Shown piece after piece: positions 22,385 through 32,527 of a stretch of 64,000 bases of DNA. Source of the DNA: Syntrophorhabdaceae bacterium. GTDB taxonomy: Bacteria > Desulfobacterota > Syntrophorhabdia > Syntrophorhabdales > Syntrophorhabdaceae. The notes under the pieces are model-generated. The model was not told the origin of the DNA, did not search any database, and saw nothing but the letters and a program-made list of their open reading frames with translations. The number at the start of each line of letters is the position of its first letter. Position 1 is the first letter of the stretch. Location: NCBI GenBank assembly GCA_963666485.2, contig CAXXUO010000002.1:544001-608000 (forward strand). The letters run 5' to 3'. A program made the position numbers and the translations under genes.

Positions 22385-25300
22385 AGCACCCTGTCGAGCC
22401 CTTGTGTAATTTCGAGCCCCTCCTCAAGCGCCATCTCAAGCTCATGAAGGGGCGGTTCGCAGTCAGCGCCTTCCCGTATCGCCGTCTCCAGGTTCAAGGC
22501 CGTGCGGTTGACGTCGTAGGCCGACAGGGTCGACGCGGTTCCTTTCAGGGTGTGGGTGAGCGTCCGTGCCCCCTCGCGGTCGCCCTTCTCGAGGCGTGCC
22601 CTGATGTCTGCCGGGACAGAGACGTTCTTCCTGAAGAAGCCGACAAGGAGCTTCTTATAGAGCTCCTCCTTCCCCATGAGGCGGCGTATCCCCGCGTCCA
22701 TGTCGATGCCGGGCAGGCGTGTCGATGCGACGGGGGGTGGGCTGTAGGCAGGGGAAGACTCTTCCGTCAGGCTCTCCTTCGTCCACCTTGCGAGCATGGT
22801 CACAAGGAGGTGGGGCTCGATGGGCTTCGGGATGTAGTCGTTCATCCCCGCCTCGAGGCAGGCCTCCCGGGCCCCTCCCATCGCGTGGGCGGTCATGGCG
22901 ATGACGGGCAGGGTAAGTCCCCTGTCTCTCAAGAGGCGGGCCGCCTCGTATCCCCCCATGACGGGCATCTCGATGTCCATGAGGATGACGTCGCAGGCAC
23001 CCTTCAAGGCCATGTCAAGGGCTTCTTTCCCGTTGAGCGCATGGGTGACGGACGCGCCGGCCTCCTTCAGGATCTCTATCGCCACCTCGGCGTTCACCTG
23101 GTTGTCCTCGGCAAGGAGGACGCGGGTGCCGGTTAAGGCCCCCTTGATATCGGGGGCGAGGGAGCCGGCGAGGTCGATGATCGTCTCGTCCTTCCCCGGG
23201 TAGGGGAAGGCGACAGGGAAGGTGAACTCGGTGCCCTTCCCGGGTGCGCTTTTCACCGTGAGCTTTGAGCCCATGAGCTCGAGGATCTGCCGGGATATGG
23301 CAAGCCCTAAGCCCGTCCCCCCGTATTTGCGGGTGATCGAGTCGTCCGCCTGGGCGAAGGCGTCGAAGATGACGGAGAGCTGCTCGGCCGTCATGCCGAT
23401 GCCCGTGTCCCTGACGGTGAACTTAAGGACGCAGGAGGCGTCGTCCCGGGATAGGACCTCCGCCTTTAAGAGGACGTAGCCCTCGGGGGTGAACTTGACC
23501 GCGTTGTTGATGATGTTCGTTAAGACCTGGGTCAAGCGGTAGGGGTCGCCCTTCACATGGGGAGGGATACCGGGGGAGATGTCGGAGATGACCCCGATGC
23601 CCTTCTCGGATGCGAGGACGGACATGATGCCGGTCAAGCCTGTGACCATGTCGGCAAAGGCGAAGGGGACGGACTCCACCTTTAACTTGCCCGCCTCTAT
23701 CTTCGCGAAGTCGAGGATGTCGTTGATGAGCTGGAGGAGGATCTTCGCGGAGAGGTGGATCCTCCCGGCGTAGCCTGACTGCTTCGTGTCGAGGGCCGTG
23801 CGGGAGATGAGCCCGGAGAAGCCTAAGATGGCGTTCATGGGGGTGCGGATCTCGTGGCTCATCTTCGCGAGGAACTCGCCCCGGGCTTTCGTGGCCGCCT
23901 CGGCCGCCTCCTTGGCGATGCGCATCTGCCCGGACCGCCTCTTCTCGGTTATGTCCTGCACCATGCCCTCGATGTAGAGGGGGGAGCCCTTTGCGTCCCT
24001 CACTGTGTGGGCGTTCATCGTGAGCTCGATCGGGGCGCCGTCTAAGCGCACGGCGGTGAACTCGAAGCCGCTGACGGTGCCCGAGGAGGAGAGCTCGTCG
24101 AGGAACAGGGTGTATTTCAAGGGGTCGGCAAAGATCTCGGCGTAGAGGTCGGGGACGGCCCGTATGAGCTCGGCGGGGGAGGCATAGCCGAGCATCCGCG
24201 CAAGGGATGGGTTCACAAGAAGGGGCCTTCCCTGTAAGTCGGACTGGAAGATGCCCTCCGCGGCGTTCTCGACTATCGAGCTGTAGCGCTCCTCCGCCTC
24301 CTTGAGGCCCGCATAGAGCAAGGCGTTCTGGAGGGATATGGCGATCTGGGAGGAGAGTATGGAGAGGACCTCGACCCTCTCGGGGGTGAAGGCTCCTGCG
24401 ACGGAGGTGTTCTCAAGGTAGAGAAGGCCCAGGGTCCTTGCCTGGCGTATGATGGGCATGCACAGGATGGATAAGGGGTGGTTCTTTAAGACGTAGGAGT
24501 CCCTCAAGAACATGCCCTCTGTAGAGGCATTGCTCAAGATGACGGGCCGGGAGGTCCTGTCGGCGTAGCGGATGACGGCAGGGCAGATGTCGCCGCAGTC
24601 GTTAAGGGGGAGGTTCTCGTGAAGGGTCGTGCCGTCCCTTGAGCTCTTCGCCCTCACGACGAGGCCGTTCGACACCTTGAGGATGAGGGCGCCCCTGTTC
24701 GCGCCTGCGTTCTCCATGACGGTCGTCATAAGGGAACCGATGAGCTCGTCGAGGACGATCTCCTGGGAGATGGCCTGGGAGGCCTTCGTGACGGAGGCGA
24801 GGTCGAAGAGCGCCCCCGTCGTGCCTGAAGACGACGGGGATGCGGCTTCAGCCGCATCCGCCCGAAGGGGCCTTGCGAAGGATGGCGCGGCAGGGAGAAT
24901 GCGGCGGTAGGTCTCCTCGAGCTGCCTCACCTTGGCGGCCGCACCCCAGCGGTCATACAGGTAGCGGGCCTCGGCGAGGTAGACCGCGGCGATCTTCGGC
25001 TTGTCGAGCGACAGGTAGAACCTTCCCGCCAGCTCATTGGCCAGGGCCTCCTCGTTGATGTACCGGTTCTCCCCTGCCAGCTTTATGGCCCGGTCGTAAA
25101 GATCCATGGCATCAGGGATATTGCCCTTTATCCTGCCCAGCTCGGCCTCAATGAGCAGGATCTTGTGCTGATAGTTCATGGGGGCGTGTTTACCCCAAAC
25201 ATGCAACGATTGCAGGTTGCGCTCGACCCTCTCGAAGACCTGGTCGCGCTCCTCGGCTGATGTGCTCTCTATGACGGCCAGGTGGGCAAGGGAATCGAAA

Positions 25301-28300
25301 AAAGGATAAAAACCAACGTGCGCGGTGCCTGTGCGGGCCTTGAGGTATTTCTCGGCTATCAGGGAGAGTTCCACGGCCTTCTTCCGGTCAAAAATTATAC
25401 AGAGAACAAGCCTGAGGAAGAACAGGTCAAAAACAGCAGAAAGGTCCTTGGTCTGCTGATGCACGGGAAGCATCTCCTCTTCCCGGTAGGATTCGCCGGA
25501 GAGCACGCCCGGATCGTCGGACAGGACGCGCAGGTTATGGACATACTGGCGGAACATTTGACAGCAGTTGAGGGACTTTTCATTTTTTATCCTGGCCATG
25601 GTTTGAGCATAATGTACCAGTTCTTTTTCTATTTCCCCCAGTTCAACCCCGGCGATACAGGCATTCCTCAGGTAAGCTACCAGGGCCACTCCGGCGTAAT
25701 AAAAATTGCCGTTCTCCAATCCGATGCGAAACCCTCTCAGTCCCGGGGCAAACGTCGTCCTCAGGTGATCTATCCGGTGGTAACCAAAATTGGCATTGGC
25801 GAACTGCATGACGGCCTCATCCAGGCTCGAGTCGGGCCGGGTTTCCAGAAGCTCCGTTATTCTCCACAGGTCCATGCCGCGTTCCACCCTGTTCATGAGC
25901 CCGGTGAGGAACACCGCCGCGTACACACCCAGGATCATCCTGCTGCTCCCGCAGGCCACCCTGTTTCCGACCAGCAGGCTCACCGCCTTGAAATCAAGAA
26001 CGGCAAGCATTTCCGGGTAGCCGACATAGCAGACGCTGACCAGGCAATCGACAAGACCACATAGTGCGAGCAGGAGGGGATCGGTCAGCTCAGGAAAATT
26101 CGCGATCTCCTCGGTGGTCTTCCCTGCCAGCATGGACTCGGCCTCCGTAAAGGCCTGCATGAAATCCTGCTGCGTGGGGCTGCGGGGGACCTTGAAATCC
26201 AGGCCTTCGAGGGCCTGCAAGCCGATATCGAGGGCTTGAGGCAGCATTGCCCTCGCTGAGAGAGAATTGATCTTGATGACAGAGAACGGCACTTTGTCGA
26301 TGAGCGTCCGGGCGTTTTTGAGGATCATGTTGCCCAGGCGGTCCATCTCTTCATGGTCCGACGACAGGTAGGCGGCTTCGGCGGCGTCCGTGTGGATAGC
26401 CAGGGTAAAGTCGTAACGGCTGCGCCATGAGTCCTCATCGAGGAGGTCGATGCCGGAACGGAAAAACTGGTACGCAGGGGCAAAGGCAGCGGATTCCCTG
26501 GCTTTCCTTCCCGCCCTGTGATTGAGTTCGGCTATCTTTTGCCTTTCTTCGGCAGAGGTTATCTCCTTGTTCCCTTTGTTGAACTGATCGAGGATGGTAA
26601 AAAGATTTACTTCCCGCTCCTCGCCGGGAATGCCGGCGAGAAGGAGCCGGCCTGCCCTGAGGTGCTCGGCGGGCAGCTCATCCTTCTTGATCATTCCGTA
26701 GGCACCCTGCTGAATGCGGTCGTGGGAAAAGGTAAAGGCGTTGTCCTTGAGCGGGATGACGAAACCCTCATGGATGGCTTCGTCAAGGTCCCTGACAAGT
26801 TCTTCCGCCGGCCTTTCAGCAAGGATGGATAATTTTTCCAGGCTAAAAACATTCCCCAGCATGGAGGCATATTGCAGGTATCTCCTGGTATCCGCGTGCA
26901 GTTTGCCGATCCTGCCCATGATCAACTGGACGACATTATCGGTAAACCTCTTCGCGTGAATCCCCGGGATATCCCAGTACCATGCGCGTTTCCCGGCGTC
27001 AAAGCCGAGGAGGTCCTCCGCGTGGAGGGCCTTCAAGAACTCGCCCACAAAGAAAGGATTGCCCCCGGTCTTCTCCTGGACAAGGCCGGAAAGAGAGTCA
27101 ATGTCGCCTGGCGGCCGATGGACGATGTCCGCGATGATATCTGCGGTATAATGTGCCTTGAGGGGCCCGACGGTGATGCGTTCCAGGAATTGTCCGGGTA
27201 TGTGGCTCACCATTTCCATGAACGGGTGCGTTTCTTCCACCTCGTTGTCCCGGTAGGCCAAAACGAGGAGCAATGCCCCGCTGTCGATGCTCATCATTGT
27301 CTCGATGAGGCCGAGGGACGGCAGGTCGGCCCATTGAAGGTCGTCAAGGAAAATAACGAGGGGATGGTCCTGTCTGCAGAAGACGGTGATAAAATCATGG
27401 AAGACCACCTTCAGGCGGTTCTGGGCAGCCTGCGGATCGAGAACGGCAACGGGATTTTGAAGACCGGTGATGAGTTCGAGTTCGGGAATAAGGTCGATCA
27501 TGACCCGGCAGTTCGAACCCAACGCCGCAATGATCTTCTCCCGCCACCGGGAGAGGCCCTCGTCCGGTACCGCGAGGATCTGCCTGACGAGCTCCCGGAA
27601 TGCGCCGATTATTGCACTGTACGGTGTGGCGCGGACAAGCTGGTCAAATTTTGAGGAGATGAACCACCCGTTCCTTTCGGCGAGATGACGGCCCATCTCC
27701 CTGATGAGCGATGTCTTACCGATGCCCGGGGCGCCGGATACGAGGAGCATCACCTTCTGCCCCGTCGCAGCGCGCTCGAGGGTCGTCCGGAGCATATCCA
27801 TTTCAGCGCCGCGCCCGTAGAGCTTCGAGGGGAGGATGAACCTGTCCGGGACATCATTGAGGGCTATCGGGAAGGGATCGATCCTCCCTGTCCCCTTCAG
27901 TCTCGCCAGGCACTCCTCGAGATCGGCCTTGACGCCCGCGGCGCTCAGGTAACGGTCCTCGGGATTCTTGGACAGGAGCTTCATAATGATCGACGAGATC
28001 ATCTTCGGTACCCGCGAGTCTATCTCACAGGGAGGGACTGCTGCCCGGGCTATGTGAGCATGTATAAGCGCGAAAGGGTCCGCAATCGGGAAGGGGAGGC
28101 TTCCCGTCAGCATCTCGTAGAAGGAGACGCCCAGGGAGTACAGGTCTGTCCGCCAGTCGACACGGCGGTTTATACGGCCTGTCTGCTCGGGTGAGATATA
28201 CGCCATCGTGCCCGGCAAAAGATTGGCGGTATCGGGGATGGCCCCTGTCTTTGTCAGGGGCGCGGCGGTCTCGAGATCGATCATCTTAAGTTGTTCTGTT

Positions 28301-28725
28301 GCCGGGTTGTACACGAAATTGGAGGGATTGATGTCCCCGTGCAGGACCCCGGATCCATGTAATTCACAGAGACAGTCCGTCATGTGGACGGCAAGAGAAA
28401 GGAACTGCCCGATCGGCAGCGGTTCTTTTCGTGATCGTATGTACTGCCCGACACTGGTCCCGCCGAAATCTTCGAGGACCAGGTAAAAGCATTTTCCGTA
28501 TTCTTTAAAATAGTGCACATCGATGACGTTCACGAGCGGTGCACAGGCCGAAAGCATCTCGTATTCGTGCATCATCCGGGCAATCTCATCTTTGCCCGGA
28601 TGTTCGTTCTTCATAAGCTTCAGAATGACTGACCGGCCGGTGGCATTGTCTTCGGCACGGTAGACGATCGTCTTGCCATTCTCGTAGAGCTTTTCACCGA
28701 TAGTAAAACCCGGAAGTGGTATCAT
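22381..28725 (-). CDS. Multidomain Ser/Thr kinase-AAA ATPase-GAF-PAS-histidine kinase-REC-Hpt protein
   Basis: HGDINPSN and YISPEQTGR kinase motifs, P-loop GAPGIGKT, LDDLQWAD, GAF (LYLEN), MSHEIRTPMN, ILMDIEMP, HTLKG; start may be 28725 or 28785. Confidence 0.92.
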   Translation of the reverse strand: MIPLPGFTIGEKLYENGKTIVYRAEDNATGRSVILKLMKNEHPGKDEIARMMHEYEMLSACAPLVNVIDVHYFKEYGKCFYLVLEDFGGTSVGQYIRSRKEPLPIGQFLSLAVHMTDCLCELHGSGVLHGDINPSNFVYNPATEQLKMIDLETAAPLTKTGAIPDTANLLPGTMAYISPEQTGRINRRVDWRTDLYSLGVSFYEMLTGSLPFPIADPFALIHAHIARAAVPPCEIDSRVPKMISSIIMKLLSKNPEDRYLSAAGVKADLEECLARLKGTGRIDPFPIALNDVPDRFILPSKLYGRGAEMDMLRTTLERAATGQKVMLLVSGAPGIGKTSLIREMGRHLAERNGWFISSKFDQLVRATPYSAIIGAFRELVRQILAVPDEGLSRWREKIIAALGSNCRVMIDLIPELELITGLQNPVAVLDPQAAQNRLKVVFHDFITVFCRQDHPLVIFLDDLQWADLPSLGLIETMMSIDSGALLLVLAYRDNEVEETHPFMEMVSHIPGQFLERITVGPLKAHYTADIIADIVHRPPGDIDSLSGLVQEKTGGNPFFVGEFLKALHAEDLLGFDAGKRAWYWDIPGIHAKRFTDNVVQLIMGRIGKLHADTRRYLQYASMLGNVFSLEKLSILAERPAEELVRDLDEAIHEGFVIPLKDNAFTFSHDRIQQGAYGMIKKDELPAEHLRAGRLLLAGIPGEEREVNLFTILDQFNKGNKEITSAEERQKIAELNHRAGRKARESAAFAPAYQFFRSGIDLLDEDSWRSRYDFTLAIHTDAAEAAYLSSDHEEMDRLGNMILKNARTLIDKVPFSVIKINSLSARAMLPQALDIGLQALEGLDFKVPRSPTQQDFMQAFTEAESMLAGKTTEEIANFPELTDPLLLALCGLVDCLVSVCYVGYPEMLAVLDFKAVSLLVGNRVACGSSRMILGVYAAVFLTGLMNRVERGMDLWRITELLETRPDSSLDEAVMQFANANFGYHRIDHLRTTFAPGLRGFRIGLENGNFYYAGVALVAYLRNACIAGVELGEIEKELVHYAQTMARIKNEKSLNCCQMFRQYVHNLRVLSDDPGVLSGESYREEEMLPVHQQTKDLSAVFDLFFLRLVLCIIFDRKKAVELSLIAEKYLKARTGTAHVGFYPFFDSLAHLAVIESTSAEERDQVFERVERNLQSLHVWGKHAPMNYQHKILLIEAELGRIKGNIPDAMDLYDRAIKLAGENRYINEEALANELAGRFYLSLDKPKIAAVYLAEARYLYDRWGAAAKVRQLEETYRRILPAAPSFARPLRADAAEAASPSSSGTTGALFDLASVTKASQAISQEIVLDELIGSLMTTVMENAGANRGALILKVSNGLVVRAKSSRDGTTLHENLPLNDCGDICPAVIRYADRTSRPVILSNASTEGMFLRDSYVLKNHPLSILCMPIIRQARTLGLLYLENTSVAGAFTPERVEVLSILSSQIAISLQNALLYAGLKEAEERYSSIVENAAEGIFQSDLQGRPLLVNPSLARMLGYASPAELIRAVPDLYAEIFADPLKYTLFLDELSSSGTVSGFEFTAVRLDGAPIELTMNAHTVRDAKGSPLYIEGMVQDITEKRRSGQMRIAKEAAEAATKARGEFLAKMSHEIRTPMNAILGFSGLISRTALDTKQSGYAGRIHLSAKILLQLINDILDFAKIEAGKLKVESVPFAFADMVTGLTGIMSVLASEKGIGVISDISPGIPPHVKGDPYRLTQVLTNIINNAVKFTPEGYVLLKAEVLSRDDASCVLKFTVRDTGIGMTAEQLSVIFDAFAQADDSITRKYGGTGLGLAISRQILELMGSKLTVKSAPGKGTEFTFPVAFPYPGKDETIIDLAGSLAPDIKGALTGTRVLLAEDNQVNAEVAIEILKEAGASVTHALNGKEALDMALKGACDVILMDIEMPVMGGYEAARLLRDRGLTLPVIAMTAHAMGGAREACLEAGMNDYIPKPIEPHLLVTMLARWTKESLTEESSPAYSPPPVASTRLPGIDMDAGIRRLMGKEELYKKLLVGFFRKNVSVPADIRARLEKGDREGARTLTHTLKGTASTLSAYDVNRTALNLETAIREGADCEPPLHELEMALEEGLEITQGLDRVL

Positions 28726-28885
28726 GGTATCGTGGCCTGGTCCGGGAGGGAACTTTCCGTTCTTCCTGGCATGCTTTACGTACATTTTAAAGAATTACAG
28801 CAAAATCGCAACCATTATTCGGTGACGCCAGGCTCTTTTATTTGCCTCATACCTTCTCATCAGCCGGGATGTACAAAGGTCCGGT

Positions 28886-29284
28886 TCAAGACATCCGGCT
28901 TATAAGATCGGTCAGTATGTCTGCGATGGCAGGATCAAACTCGGAAATTGTTTCAGGCACCACGGCGGGGTTCGATGACAGAACGCACGTAAGGGCGAGA
29001 CCACTGCACGCCTCCTCCCTGTCCGGATCGATCTTTATTGCTTCCCGGTAGGCTGCCGCCGCTTCGGCATAACGCCCCGTCTCGTTGCAGGCCGCCCCGA
29101 GATCGATCCATGCGGAGGTATTACCCGGGTCGATCGCGAGGACCTTCCTGAACGCCCGAATGGCATATTCATGATATCCCAGCTTAAGCAAAGAGATCCC
29201 GACCCCATACCAGACATCCGGATTATCCGGATCGATCGTGGCCCATTTCCAGAAAGATTCGAGCATCTCATGCAGGTCATTCAT
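28886..29284 (-). CDS. Small tetratricopeptide-repeat protein
   Basis: TPR patterns WYGVG...A...F..VL.IDP and WIDLG...A...Y.EAI.IDP. Confidence 0.75.
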   Translation of the reverse strand: MNDLHEMLESFWKWATIDPDNPDVWYGVGISLLKLGYHEYAIRAFRKVLAIDPGNTSAWIDLGAACNETGRYAEAAAAYREAIKIDPDREEACSGLALTCVLSSNPAVVPETISEFDPAIADILTDLISRMS

Positions 29285-29420
29285 TTTTGCTGACGTTAAT
29301 TATCGATTTTCTCGCAGGGGCATACAATATCAGATTAATATATATTTAATAGTGGCATATACGCACAATTAACGGCATTGTCTGCTTATCTGAAAATAAG
29401 TTTGTGTCTGAAAATTTCCT

Positions 29421-29453
29421 AAAGACACTAGATTCCGGCAAGCCGGAATGACG
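29421..29453 (-). repeat. CGTC-type REP palindrome (subfamily A)
   Basis: AAAGACACTAGATTCCGGCAAGCCGGAATGACG. Confidence 0.8.
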
Positions 29454-29518
29454 GATAAAAACAACGTACGGCTTTGAGGCCAAGTTGGGGATACGTGGGG
29501 ACATGGAAGGTTTTTGCG

Positions 29519-29546
29519 TTGAACTTTGAACTTTGAACCTTGAATC
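29519..29546. repeat. Heptamer tandem array (TTGAACY)x4
   Basis: TTGAACT TTGAACT TTGAACC TTGAATC. Confidence 0.85.
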
Positions 29547-29563
29547 GCCCCCCGGGGCGAGTT

Positions 29564-31714
29564 TTACACCATCCAGTTCTCCGCCTCGAACGTCTCCGAC
29601 GGCACCGTGACCACGAGATATCCTCTCTGCGGTATCCTGTCGATAAGCATATCGCTTATCTTGAGCGAGATCCAGACCTCGAGCCTGTCCCCCGGGGAGG
29701 CGCCGAGGGCGGCGAAGGGCATCGCGATCTCGAGGATATCGGCGAAACCGGCTTCGGCGGGTACATCACCCGTTATTGTCCTTGTGTGGACATTGTACTC
29801 GGCCTTGTGTTCGTCGTCGCTTATTACAGCGATCTCGAAAACCGCGTTCTCTGTCTCGCTCATAAAGCTTTTGTCGAGATCGACGCGGATGAACAGGCTT
29901 AATTCGTCGAACCCGTAATAACAGTCTTTGATGATCGTCACGGCCTGGTGCATCGCCGTCCCGTACCCTCTGCCTTCGATGTAGCCCGAACCGATCCACT
30001 CGAAGTAGTTTGTCACCTTCCCGTCGATAACGGGGCGCAGGTAGTTGATCGGCTCGTGTGTCGGGCGCGCCTCGCGGGTCCTCCATGATGATCGGTATCG
30101 ACAGTCTTTCCGGGACCTCTCTCCCCAGGTACCGGTACACGTTTCGAGCAGTTTTCCCGGAAAAGCAGGTCGAATATCTCGTCGCTGTCCGACGAGTTCT
30201 GGTCGCCGTACCACCAGAACCAGTCACTGCCCTCTGCGATGTAGATCGATTCCCACGCCTTTTCATTCGTGTGCCCGGGGTCGGCGCCTTCCAGGAATTC
30301 GCGGGTCCTTCGCGAGCTGTGTCCAGGCGGTGTTGTCCTCGGTGTTGCACGATCCATATATAAAAATTGTGGCCGATCCAGGACCCCGCATGGCAATGGT
30401 GGAGGCTGCCAACGTCGTTCGCACGTTCAAGGTATTCCGAGATCGTAACGGGCACGATGCCCGGGTCTTTGAGTATCCCCTCGTAGAGGTAGCTCAAGAA
30501 ATCCCTGCCGTCGTTCTTGTAGCCTTCCCAGGCGTTCTCGCCGTCCATGGCAATGGTCACAAGCGGCGTCGCGAGCCTGTTCCCGATCGAAGCGCGGATA
30601 TTATGGAGCCTGTTCAGACAATCCCGGGCGGCATCCTTCGCATCCGATCTCTGGTAATGGAACGATATCAGGTCGGAGAGCTTCTGGTCGCGGAAGACGA
30701 CCTTTATATCCCGTCCGCCTTTCTGGTAACTGTAATGCTTATAGAGGACCTCGGGGTTGATGACATACCCCTGGTCATTGCGGCGCGTCCCCCACCGCAG
30801 GCTCTCGAAAAGGATATCTTCATCGGTGGCGACCCAGGTGACGTCGTTCTCGATATAGAGCCCGAGGGCCTCGTTGCTCACCGAGCCTTCCGGCGGCCAC
30901 ATACCCTTCGGCCGCGCCCCGAACACATTTTCGAAGAGATCGAGTCCCGCCGCGATCTGGTGAAGGACGCGTCCCGCGGCCACGAAAAACGGGTTTTCGG
31001 CAGGGCGCATCCCGGCATGCCCTCGCGGGCGCTGTTGGTATCGATGAGCAGCGGTACGATCGGGTGATAGAAGGCGGATGTCGACAATTCGGCGATCCCC
31101 CTCTCAGAAAGGTCCCTGTAAAGGGGAATTGTCCCTTTCAGAATATCCTTCTGAACACCCCTCAGGATAGCTTTGTCCTCTTCTGAAAAATGGCGCCCTT
31201 TTTCCCTGAGATATTTCAGATCGTCATATACCTCGTAAAACACGGGATCGATCCAGGCCATGAAGAACAATATTTGCAGGTCGCAGAGGTCTTCCTCCGA
31301 GAAGGATGCGGTCATCTTGCCGAGCGCCTCTTTCGGGCAATAAAGCCCCCTCTTCTCGAGGAGCTCGTAAAACCGCGGGAAAGGACGGATCATGTTGTCC
31401 CAGCTGGCATTGAAAAAATTGCCGAGCATGAATGTCTTATCATCAACGGAAAGGTCGGCCGGATGTTTCTTGAATATATTGAGGTAGGTGTCGTCAACCT
31501 CGTTCTGCTCGTAGTCCTTGAGCTGCGCAAGCAGGGACGGGACGAAATTGAAATTCTGCTTCATCCCGGGAAAACCCTCGAGCAGGGAACCCATGTCGTA
31601 GTAATCCTTCGTGCCGTGCAGCAAAGTCCACGGCAGGAGATACTCCCCCGTAAAACTGTTCTTGTAATAGGGCTGATGCATGTGCCAGAGGAAAGAGATG
31701 TATATGCCGTCCAT
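29564..31714 (-). pseudogene. Glycoside hydrolase family 57 (amylopullulanase-like), split by about five frameshifts (pseudogene or sequencing errors)
   Basis: WHMHQP, HPIVPL, GMWPPEGSVS, MDGENAWE and AEGSDWFWW motifs spread over four frames; shifts near 30967, 30348, 30307, 30147 and 30077. Confidence 0.85.
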
Positions 31715-31744
31715 AGATAGGTTATCGCTTTCGGTCAGTTACCA

Positions 31745-32227
31745 TTAAACTTCTTCCACAGCGATATGCCGAAAGGTCACTTCGCCTGTAATTTCAATGA
31801 TCCCGACGGTCCCCTTCCCCGCGTACCCCCCGCGATAGCTCCCCGGATTAAAAAGGGTCACCCCGCGCTTTGCGGCCTTCAGCGGCACATGGGAATGGCC
31901 GAAGACTACGATATCGACGTCCGAAAAGGAATTGAAGACACGGTCTTCAAGGCCCGCGGGTGAACCCCAGCCGTGCATGATGCCGATCCGTTTCCCGGCG
32001 ATGGCCTCGATGCGCTGCTCGGGAAGGGATGCCCGCAGGTCATAATCATCCATGTTGCCCCTCACGGCACGGACATCCCAGTTCGACAGGAAATCGAGAA
32101 CACTCGACGACGTCATGTCGCCCGCATGCAGAACGACCTCGACGTTGGCGAAGAATTCCCTCATGTTTTTCCTGAAATTATCTGTAGGATGCGTCAGATG
32201 TGTATCGGAAATGACCCCAATCTTCAT
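31745..32227 (-). CDS. Metallophosphoesterase (YfcE/MJ0936 family)
   Basis: SDTH, HAGD, GNMD, HG, GHSH and NPGS motifs. Confidence 0.9.
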   Translation of the reverse strand: MKIGVISDTHLTHPTDNFRKNMREFFANVEVVLHAGDMTSSSVLDFLSNWDVRAVRGNMDDYDLRASLPEQRIEAIAGKRIGIMHGWGSPAGLEDRVFNSFSDVDIVVFGHSHVPLKAAKRGVTLFNPGSYRGGYAGKGTVGIIEITGEVTFRHIAVEEV

Positions 32228-32354
32228 GCGATGATTAACTCTATAAGAAAACAGGGTTACTGTCAAAAATAAAAGAGGAACGAAGAAAATGGGTGATGGG
32301 TGACGGGATCGGGAATTGAAATCTTTGTCTGAAACTTGGAATTCTTCTTTTTAG

Positions 32355-32424
32355 AACCTTGGATCCCGGTGTCAAGCACCGGGATGACGGGTGAGAGAAT
32401 CCCGGTGTCAGCACCGGGATGACG
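32355..32424 (-). repeat. Two tandem CGTC-type REP palindromes (subfamily B)
   Basis: ACCTTGGATCCCGGTGTCAAGCACCGGGATGACG, then ATCCCGGTGTCAGCACCGGGATGACG. Confidence 0.85.
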
Positions 32425-32436
32425 ACCCGGTTTTTA

Positions 32437-32466
32437 CGTGGAACGTGGAACCTGGAACCTGGAACC
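32437..32466. repeat. Heptamer tandem array (CSTGGAA)x4
   Basis: CGTGGAA CGTGGAA CCTGGAA CCTGGAA. Confidence 0.85.
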
Positions 32467-32492
32467 GCCCGCGGACAGCGGGCGCATCCTCA

Positions 32493-32522
32493 TTGACATG
32501 ACGCCGTGCTCGATGTTAGACT
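32493..32522 (+). promoter_or_regulatory. Putative sigma70 promoter of lptF
   Basis: TTGACA-N18-TAGACT with a TG extension; ATG 5 nt downstream. Confidence 0.55.
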
Positions 32523-32527
32523 AGGTG

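Noticed and set aside
12730..29400. Integrative island at tRNA-Pro
   Set aside because: The content looks accessory, but I found no integrase and no duplicated tRNA 3' end.
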